From Bradymonadia bacterium (GTDB lineage: Bacteria > Myxococcota_A > Bradymonadia > UBA7976 > UBA1532), in the NCBI GenBank assembly GCA_044376085.1, contig JBILLN010000007.1:33027-97026 (forward strand): a stretch of 64,000 nucleotides of DNA, read 5' to 3'. Below the pieces are notes generated by a model. That model saw only the letters and a program-made list of their open reading frames with translations. It was not told the origin of the DNA and ran no database searches. The stretch's first letter is position 1. Every line of letters begins with the position of its first letter. A program made the position numbers and the translations under genes. Below, piece after piece: positions 57,176 through 64,000 of the stretch.

Positions 57176-58717
57176 TCACGGCGTCGACGACCGCCCCTGG
57201 GCCGCGAGAAGCTCCACGAGTCCCGCGCGCACGACCTTGCCGGTGGCGTTGCGGGGCAGGGCGGGGACGAAGTGGTACTCCCGCGGGTGCTTGTAGCGCG
57301 CGAGGCGCCCCTCGAGATAGCCGCCGAGGCCCGCGGCGTCCACGGGTTTGCCCGGCCAGGCCACGATGAACGCCACCGGCCGTTGGCCCCACTTCTCGTC
57401 GGGCATGCCGATGACGGCCGCGTCGGCGACCGAGGGGTGCTCCATGAGCGCGTTGACGACCTCGGCCGGATAGACGTTCTCCCCACCGGTGATGATCATC
57501 TCTTTGATGCGCCCGGCCACGAACAGATACCCGTCGGTGTCGAAGTGCCCGGCGTCGCCCGTGCGCAACCACCCGCCGCGTAGCGTCTCGGCGCTTTCCT
57601 GCGGGCGATTCCAGTAACCCGGCATGATGTTCGGGCCCCGCACGATGACCTCGCCGGAGACGCCCGGCGCGCAGTCCTGGTCATTCTCGTCGACGACGCG
57701 GACCTCGGTGTGATGACAGGGTCGGCCGACGCTGCCGATCTTCAGGAAGGCATCCTGCGGCTCCATGCCCGTCACCCCCGGGGCTGCTTCGGTCAGCCCG
57801 TAGCCCTGCCGGAAGACGATGCCGCGGGCGCGATACAGCTCGATCGTGTGCAACGGCAGGGGGGCGCCGCCGCTGGTGAACGCGATGACACTCGACAGAT
57901 CCGTCGACGCGAAGGTGGGCATGGCCGCCATCATCTGGAACATGGCGGGCACGCCGACCATGCCCTGGATCTTGTGTTGCTGGATGAGCGCCAGCGTCTC
58001 GAGGGGGTTGAACTGCTTCTGGATCACCACCGTGCCACCGATGAACAGCAAGGGCAGCACCGAGCCGTTGAGTCCGCCGACGTGAAACAGCGGCAGCGTG
58101 GCGAGGCCGACCACGCCGGGCATCAGGCCCAGGTTCACCGCGTTCATCGTCTGCCAGAAGGTATTGCCGTGCGTGAGCACGACGCCCTTCGGCAACCCGG
58201 TCGTGCCGGCGGTGTACATGATCAGATGCGGTGTATCCTCGGTGACCGGCTGCGTCGGGTGCGCCGGTACCTGCGCCGGCACGGACGCGACGAAGGCCTC
58301 GAGCTCGGTCCCGATCTCCGTCCAGGCCAGGTCGGGCGGGAGGTCCTCGCTCTTCAGACCGTCGACGAGGCTCTGGAACGCCGCGTCCCAGAAGATCATC
58401 CGGGCGCCGGCGTCGCGCAGCATGAAGGCCAGCTCGCGCGGTACGAGCCGGAAATTCAGGGGCACGGCGATGGCGCCGATGCGCGCGCAGGCCAGGATGA
58501 GCTCGATGGTCTCGACGCGGGCGGGCACGAGCAGCGCGACGCGATCACCGAATCGCACTCCGCGGGACTGCAGGGCGTACCCGAGGCGGTCGACCCGCGC
58601 GGCCAGTTCGCGGTAGGTGCGGCGCGTCTCCCCCTCCTGGAGGGCGGTCTGTTCCGGGCGCCAGCGGACGTGCAGCGACGGCCACCGGCCGAGATTGAAG
58701 CGTTCCTCACCGAACAT
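57176..58717 (-). CDS. AMP-dependent synthetase / long-chain fatty-acid--CoA ligase
   Basis: AMP-binding motif YTAGTTGLPKGV; 513 aa. Confidence 0.85.
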   Translation of the reverse strand: MFGEERFNLGRWPSLHVRWRPEQTALQEGETRRTYRELAARVDRLGYALQSRGVRFGDRVALLVPARVETIELILACARIGAIAVPLNFRLVPRELAFMLRDAGARMIFWDAAFQSLVDGLKSEDLPPDLAWTEIGTELEAFVASVPAQVPAHPTQPVTEDTPHLIMYTAGTTGLPKGVVLTHGNTFWQTMNAVNLGLMPGVVGLATLPLFHVGGLNGSVLPLLFIGGTVVIQKQFNPLETLALIQQHKIQGMVGVPAMFQMMAAMPTFASTDLSSVIAFTSGGAPLPLHTIELYRARGIVFRQGYGLTEAAPGVTGMEPQDAFLKIGSVGRPCHHTEVRVVDENDQDCAPGVSGEVIVRGPNIMPGYWNRPQESAETLRGGWLRTGDAGHFDTDGYLFVAGRIKEMIITGGENVYPAEVVNALMEHPSVADAAVIGMPDEKWGQRPVAFIVAWPGKPVDAAGLGGYLEGRLARYKHPREYHFVPALPRNATGKVVRAGLVELLAAQGRSSTP

Positions 58718-58777
58718 GGTTCACTCCGTGGGGCCGGCGACCGGCAGGGCCGAGCCGGGTTCGAGGTCGGTCGGGCG

Positions 58778-59839
58778 TCACCGGCAGAAGTCGCCGAGGA
58801 CTTTCCAGGTCTGATACCGCAGGGGCGTGCCGACGACCAGTGTGACGTGGCCGACGGGCGACAGATGCTCGACGGGGCGAACACTCGAGGTGCGCCCGAG
58901 GAGGGCCTGCGCCGAGGGCAGGGGCACGATCTCGTCCCGTTTGGCGGCGATCGAGAGCACGGGGCACCGGAGGTCCTCGAGGCGCGCCGGGCCGCGCTCG
59001 AACCGCCACGTCCCCTCGACGAGTCGATTCTCCTGATACAGGTCGGTCAGCAGACTGGCGAAGGCGCCGCTGCCCACCGGCAGATGCTCGGACGTCCACA
59101 GATCGAGGGCCTGATAGAGGCGCACGTACTCCTCGTTGCCCGCCTCGACCATCTGATAGAGCACGCGATGTCTGGTGACCAGCGCGCGCGGGTTCAGCAG
59201 CGGAAACGCCCCGTAGACGACGCGGTCGGGCAGGACACCCGGATGCGTGCGCACGATGGCATCGACGTCGACGAGGTCGCGATGCGCCCAGGTGCCCAGG
59301 AGGCCGCCGTGCGAGAAGTCGATGGGGGTCGTCAGGGCCACCAGGCGGTCGACGCGCTCGGGGTGCGTGGCCGTGTAGGCGACGGCCAGCGTGCCCCCGA
59401 GGCATTGCCCGACGAGCGTCACTTTCGGCGCGCGCGCATGCCCGCAGACGACCTGGACGGCGCGGTCGATGAAACCGTCGACGTAGGCCGACAGGCGCAG
59501 CGAGCCCATGCCGTCGTGCGCGCCGCGCCAGGCCAGCACGTAGACCTGAAGCCCCTGCGCGGCGAGGGCGGCCACCGTGCTGTGATCGGCCATGAGATCG
59601 AGGATGTACCACCGGTTGATCAGCGACGGCACGATCAGCACGGGCGGGGCCTCGGGCTGCACCGGGGCGCCCGCCGGCGGCGCGAAGTGATACAGTTCGA
59701 AGGCGCGCTCGTCGTGGATGACGGTCCGCGGCGTCGGCGCGATGCCGACCGTCTCGTGGAGCGCGCGCATCGCCGACGCCCCGCGCCAGGCGCCGGCGAA
59801 GAACAGATCGGAGAAGCGTCTGACGGCGTCGAACTTCAC
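58778..59839 (-). CDS. phaC: Class III/IV-type poly(R)-hydroxyalkanoate synthase PhaC-like alpha/beta hydrolase
   Basis: ~353 aa; lipase-box with Cys nucleophile GQCLGG; layout of the short PhaC classes. Confidence 0.75.
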   Translation of the reverse strand: MKFDAVRRFSDLFFAGAWRGASAMRALHETVGIAPTPRTVIHDERAFELYHFAPPAGAPVQPEAPPVLIVPSLINRWYILDLMADHSTVAALAAQGLQVYVLAWRGAHDGMGSLRLSAYVDGFIDRAVQVVCGHARAPKVTLVGQCLGGTLAVAYTATHPERVDRLVALTTPIDFSHGGLLGTWAHRDLVDVDAIVRTHPGVLPDRVVYGAFPLLNPRALVTRHRVLYQMVEAGNEEYVRLYQALDLWTSEHLPVGSGAFASLLTDLYQENRLVEGTWRFERGPARLEDLRCPVLSIAAKRDEIVPLPSAQALLGRTSSVRPVEHLSPVGHVTLVVGTPLRYQTWKVLGDFCR

Positions 59840-60204
59840 GGACGGGACTCCGGTGCGGGCGTGGCGGCAGCGGGCACGGTCGCCGCGGCGGCCGCCGCGC
59901 GCTGAGCCTGAAGCAGCGCCTCGACGCGCTGGAGCATCTCCATCGTTTCGCGCATCTGATCGGCCGTGGGCACGCCCCAGAGGGAGAGCCAGCGCGAGCC
60001 GAGGCTCTGGAGCTTGCGCTGGGCCGCCATGTTGAGGTCGAGCATGCGCAGGGGCAGGCCGAGCAGGCGCTTGTCACCGACAGCCCGCTCGAGTGTCGAG
60101 ACCCAGAGGTTCTCCATGACCTCGACGTACTTCAGCGCAAAGGGTTTGTCGTCGCTCGGGGCAGCGGCGGAGGGGGCGGCGGAGGTCGGTCGACTTTCGG
60201 ACAT
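59836..60204 (-). CDS. Small PhaE/PhaR/phasin-like protein translationally coupled to phaC
   Basis: GAGGA RBS; 122 aa; Ala-rich helical protein; ATGA overlap with the phaC start. Confidence 0.45.
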   Translation of the reverse strand: MSESRPTSAAPSAAAPSDDKPFALKYVEVMENLWVSTLERAVGDKRLLGLPLRMLDLNMAAQRKLQSLGSRWLSLWGVPTADQMRETMEMLQRVEALLQAQRAAAAAATVPAAATPAPESRP

Positions 60205-60212
60205 GGGATTCC

Positions 60213-61028
60213 TCAGCGGGGGTACCAGACCACGCGCCACGGCCCTGCGGGCTCGGACCGCACGGCCACGGTGCCCAGGCACTCGTGCACCAGATAGGTC
60301 TGCCCCGAGGTCGTCTCGGGCTGGTCGGGGATGTTGCGGTTCAGTCGAAGCGTCAGGGCCAGGGCGTGTGCGATCTCGAGGCCGGGCATGCGCAGCGTCC
60401 CGGCGCCCGCGACCGCGATCTCGTAGGTATCGGACACACCGAGCCCGTCGAGCGCCAGGCCCTGCCACCGGCTGCCCTCGGCGAGCGTGACGGTCACGCT
60501 CCGCGCGTCCCCGAGCTGCATCGGGAACTGCATGAACGGGACGCCGGCCGAATAGAGCAGAACCTGAAGCTCGGGCTCGACGGAGGCCACGCCGACGATA
60601 TCGAGCAGGGGCCCGTCGTCGCGGAGCAGAAGATGCCCGGGCGGTGCCCCGGCGACGGCGATGGGGATGGCGAGGTTCGCGCGCGGCGCGAGATCGCTGT
60701 ACCAGAAGTCCCGCGGCGACAGGGTCTCGGTGTCCTCCAGACCCTTGAATCGGGCGCGGGTGAAGTCCCAGAGGCCGCGCCCGGCGGCGAGGTCGCCGCT
60801 CGGTTCGACGGAGGGGTCGCCGTCGGCCTGGACGGCGTACGGGGCGACGACGCCCGGGGTGAAACGGAGCTCTCCCTCGGAGATGACACCGTCGTTGTTG
60901 CCCGAACACTCGGGCAGAAATGCCACGCCCTCGGCGGGCAGCGCCCCGGCGGGGGTGCCGTCGCCGCACGCGGCGAGGCCGGTCAGGGCGAGAGTCCACG
61001 GGGCCAGGGCGCGCGCTCGGGGTGTCAT
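60213..61028 (-). CDS. Hypothetical lipoprotein
   Basis: Lipobox LTGLAAC; 8 nt upstream of the small PhaE-like gene and 12 nt downstream of the OMP gene. Confidence 0.6.
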   Translation of the reverse strand: MTPRARALAPWTLALTGLAACGDGTPAGALPAEGVAFLPECSGNNDGVISEGELRFTPGVVAPYAVQADGDPSVEPSGDLAAGRGLWDFTRARFKGLEDTETLSPRDFWYSDLAPRANLAIPIAVAGAPPGHLLLRDDGPLLDIVGVASVEPELQVLLYSAGVPFMQFPMQLGDARSVTVTLAEGSRWQGLALDGLGVSDTYEIAVAGAGTLRMPGLEIAHALALTLRLNRNIPDQPETTSGQTYLVHECLGTVAVRSEPAGPWRVVWYPR

Positions 61029-61039
61029 GTCTCGACCTC

Positions 61040-62626
61040 TCAGAACAGCACGCCGAGCGTGCCGTGCAGGCGCTGCGCCGTGGTGGCGGTGCGGGCGGGG
61101 GCGACGGCATCGAACCCCGCGCCGGGGAAGAGCACGCCGTATTCGAGAGCCAGTACGAACCGGTCGTGGCTGCGGTATCGGACGGCCAGATCGGTCTCGA
61201 GGCCCAGGTCCGCCTCGCCGCCCGGGGTCGAGGCGGCCTCCATCGCGCGGGAGTAGATGGCCGCGGCCTCGAACGTCAGACCCATCACGGGACCGTAGAC
61301 GACCGAGGGTTTGAGATACATCGCGTCCGTGACGGTGCCGACGATCTCGCGCCAGAGGATGAGGTCGACGTGGTAGTCCGGGTGGAACCGGAAATTGCCG
61401 ATCTCGGTGTCGTCGGGCAGGGCGATCTGCGGGGCGTCGAGGTCGCCCGGCCGGGCCTTGTCCCGCTCGGCTCCGGGGCGCGCGCCGAAACCCGGCGCCG
61501 GATCGCCCGAGGCGACGCCGATCTCCGCCTTGAGCTGCAGCTTCTCGATGGCCTCGAAGGTATCACGCACCACGCCGCCCCATTGCAGCGCCGTCAACGG
61601 CGCCGTCGAAAGACCGGGCACGAGCGAGCCGTCCTCCATGCGCGCGCGCAGGACGGCGGCCTCGAACTCCAGATGATTGTGGGGCATCTGCCAGGAAACG
61701 TGGGCGTCGAGCAGCACGCCCGAGAGGTCGCGCTGCACGGCCTGGGCGGCCGTCGGGCGTGAACCGTCGGCCGGCACGACCGGAAAGTCGACGTTCTGCC
61801 AGCGGTACGACGCGACCAGCCCGTAGTTCAACACATGACGACCGTCGCGGAGTTTGATGGCTCGCACGGCGGGTGTGTCGGCCCGCATGACGGCCAGCGA
61901 CAGCGACTTCACGTCGTCGTCGGGGTCGGCGTCGATGGATTGCCCGATGCCGCCCCACGGCGAGAACGCCGGGCCGGACGAAGCGATGTCGTACGCGAGC
62001 CCGACGATCTCCTGTCCGACCGGCAGGGCGAGGCCGATGGTGTCCACCACATTGCCCTGGTCGCAGTCGAGGCAGTCGCCGCTGTTGGCCAGCATGCCGA
62101 GCCCCCACTGCACACCCATGCGCCCGGCCGTCAACAGACCGATGGGCGTGCCGATTTCGGCCCAGACGCGCTTGACCCGCAGGGAGTCTTCGGGGGCCTC
62201 CTGCGACGTCGCCGCGGCGCTCATGCCGGCCCAACGGTTCGAGGCCGCGGGCGTCGAGCCGAGCACCACGTTGTCGAGGCAGTCGATGACCGCGTGGACG
62301 TTGACCTCCCAGCCGACGCGGATGTGGGGCTCGAGGCGCAGACGCAGGTTGCTGCTCGTCAGGGTGTCGTTCGATTCGGGCGAGGTCAGCGGGACGGGGA
62401 AGACCGTCTCTCCCGTGGTGGGCGTAGGCCCGCGATTCAGATCGAGGTTGTCGAACACATCGCCGCGCATGCGAAAGTAACCGCCCAGCGACAGACCGGG
62501 GTCGAGCGCGGGGTCGTCGGCGACGAAGGGATCGCGCATCGCACCGAGGCCCCACTCATCGGTGGCGGACGCAACGGCGGGCGTGAGGGCGAGCGCGGCC
62601 ACCAGGGACGGGAGCGGGCGTTTCAT
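61040..62626 (-). CDS. Outer-membrane beta-barrel protein (Myxococcales-type, C-terminal Phe)
   Basis: Signal peptide ALALTPAVASA; ends ...LHGTLGVLF; amphipathic beta strands. Confidence 0.65.
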   Translation of the reverse strand: MKRPLPSLVAALALTPAVASATDEWGLGAMRDPFVADDPALDPGLSLGGYFRMRGDVFDNLDLNRGPTPTTGETVFPVPLTSPESNDTLTSSNLRLRLEPHIRVGWEVNVHAVIDCLDNVVLGSTPAASNRWAGMSAAATSQEAPEDSLRVKRVWAEIGTPIGLLTAGRMGVQWGLGMLANSGDCLDCDQGNVVDTIGLALPVGQEIVGLAYDIASSGPAFSPWGGIGQSIDADPDDDVKSLSLAVMRADTPAVRAIKLRDGRHVLNYGLVASYRWQNVDFPVVPADGSRPTAAQAVQRDLSGVLLDAHVSWQMPHNHLEFEAAVLRARMEDGSLVPGLSTAPLTALQWGGVVRDTFEAIEKLQLKAEIGVASGDPAPGFGARPGAERDKARPGDLDAPQIALPDDTEIGNFRFHPDYHVDLILWREIVGTVTDAMYLKPSVVYGPVMGLTFEAAAIYSRAMEAASTPGGEADLGLETDLAVRYRSHDRFVLALEYGVLFPGAGFDAVAPARTATTAQRLHGTLGVLF

Positions 62627-63540
62627 GGCTCGAGAAACTCCGCGACGAGCTGCTCGTACGTGCCGCGCCGCTCGATCATCACGTTGTGGCCGCAGCGTTC
62701 GAGCACGACGAGGCGCGCGCGGGGCAGCTCGGCCGCCAGGCGCTCGCCGTAGGGGGGGGGCGAGACGCGGTCCTCGCGGCCCCAGACCAGCAGCACGGGC
62801 TGCGTGATCTTCGCGAACGCCGGCCGGAGCGCGTCGAGATCCATGCCGCGCAGCACGGCGAGCGCGGCGGCCTCGAGACCGGGTGTATTGCCCTGAAAGT
62901 CGTGCAGCGCGTCGAACTCGTGCGCGGTGGAGAAACGCGTCGGGTCGAAGTAGCTCCAGGTGTACCGGGCCTCGAGCTGCGCGTTGTAGAACAGGGTGTA
63001 GAGCAGCTCACCGATGCCCGGCACGCGCGACCAGCGGAGAAAACCGTTGAGCTGGTCCTCGTAGACGAAACCGCCCGTGAGCACCAGTTTGCCCACGCGC
63101 TCCGGGTGGCGTCGGGCCAGCTCCAGCGCCACGGCCGAGCCCCAGGAGTGCGCGACCACGTGCGCGCGGGTCATGCCCCGCTGGGTCATCAACGCGGCCA
63201 CGAGGTCCGCTTCGGCGGCCAGCGAGTAGTCGCCCGGGGCCTTGTCCGTCAGGCCGAAGCCCTTGAGGTCGAGCGAGAGCGTCCGATAGCGGGTCGAGAG
63301 CGCCGGCTGCGTGAACGTCCAGCTCACGAGGCCACCCGCGTAACCGTGCAGAAAGACGACATCACCGGCGGGGGTCACCCCTTCGGCCGGACCCATCTCT
63401 CGCAGGTGCACCCGCTGCCCTTCGACCTCGGTGTATCCGAATGCACGGGGGGAGGGGGCCGGGCGCGTCTGCTGGTACTCCAGACAGCCGGTGGCCAGGG
63501 TGGCGGCGGCGAGGACCGGCGCGAGACCGAGCGCGCGCAT
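62623..63540 (-). CDS. Secreted alpha/beta hydrolase lipoprotein
   Basis: Lipobox LATGC; HGYAGG oxyanion region; HSWGS nucleophile elbow; ATGA overlap with the OMP start. Confidence 0.75.
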   Translation of the reverse strand: MRALGLAPVLAAATLATGCLEYQQTRPAPSPRAFGYTEVEGQRVHLREMGPAEGVTPAGDVVFLHGYAGGLVSWTFTQPALSTRYRTLSLDLKGFGLTDKAPGDYSLAAEADLVAALMTQRGMTRAHVVAHSWGSAVALELARRHPERVGKLVLTGGFVYEDQLNGFLRWSRVPGIGELLYTLFYNAQLEARYTWSYFDPTRFSTAHEFDALHDFQGNTPGLEAAALAVLRGMDLDALRPAFAKITQPVLLVWGREDRVSPPPYGERLAAELPRARLVVLERCGHNVMIERRGTYEQLVAEFLEP

Positions 63541-63542
63541 GG

Positions 63543-64000
63543 TCACCGCGCCGGGGCGAGGCGCTCGATGCGGCTCGCCGTCTCGAAGAAGGGCTCGGAC
63601 TCGTCCGCTTCGCTCACCACGCGGCCCACGATGCCGAAACACTCGCTGACGAAGGTGTGGACGATGCGGTCATTGCCGAGGAACGTGAACGGCACGGCCT
63701 GGCTGACCTGCGCGACGACCTGCACCGCACGGAACGGGCCCTGCGGCGTCTCCAGCACGCCGGAGGCGGTCGCCCGGACCGTGTACGTATCGTTCGTGAA
63801 GATGGGGACGAATCCGTAGTTCAAGTAGCCCGTCTGCGATGTCTCGACGGTCCACTCGTCGCCCACGGACAGGGGGAAACGGTACAGATCCACCGGCGGG
63901 TCGTAGGTGGTCTTCATCGCGCCGTCGTCCTCCGAGGCCGTCCCCAGGAGCTGCAGCGCGTTCTCCGTCAGGCGGAACACCCCCAGCCAGCCTTGCTCTC
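63543..64000 (-). CDS. Hypothetical protein; 5' end may lie beyond the window
   Basis: ORF reaches within 20 nt of the window end; GC3-rich. Confidence 0.4.
   Translation of the reverse strand, partial: EQGWLGVFRLTENALQLLGTASEDDGAMKTTYDPPVDLYRFPLSVGDEWTVETSQTGYLNYGFVPIFTNDTYTVRATASGVLETPQGPFRAVQVVAQVSQAVPFTFLGNDRIVHTFVSECFGIVGRVVSEADESEPFFETASRIERLAPAR

Overview
This is a ~70% GC stretch of chromosome with gene content typical of Myxococcales-type Deltaproteobacteria. Many genes are lipoproteins, there is a Cys-rich repeat lipoprotein, a SpoIID/LytB gene and Myxo-style OMP plus lipoprotein pairs. I found no rRNA, tRNA, CRISPR or IS elements. Many long off-frame ORFs with Arg/Pro/Gly-rich translations are high-GC artefacts, so genes were picked by recognisable family motifs, signal peptides, Shine-Dalgarno-like purine runs upstream of starts and 1-4 nt start/stop overlaps. 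Main blocks are: TraB, PilT-like ATPase, YbaN and an OPT transporter; the livKHMGF branched-chain amino-acid ABC operon; a TauE/SafE exporter with a palindromic operator; SpoIID; two LolCDE-like ABC modules, one with a LolA-like protein and an OM barrel; a periplasmic thiol-redox cluster (TlpA-like, OmpA-like, VKOR-Trx fusion); an ExbB-ExbD-ExbD motor followed by an uncharacterised anchored protein; a ferredoxin coupled to a pentaheme cytochrome c; a chagasin-like inhibitor next to a large alpha/beta-hydrolase lipoprotein; and a complete his operon on the minus strand (hisG, hisC-HAD fusion, hisB, hisH, hisF, hisA-hisIE tri-fusion, hisD). The most unusual unit is a tightly coupled six-gene minus-strand operon: secreted alpha/beta hydrolase, OM beta-barrel, lipoprotein, small PhaE/PhaR-like protein, class III PhaC-like synthase and acyl-CoA ligase. 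All functions are inferred by eye from motifs. Coordinates are probably within +/-1 nt, and one ORF-track boundary near 56400-56460 disagrees with my manual count by 1 nt. No database searches were run.
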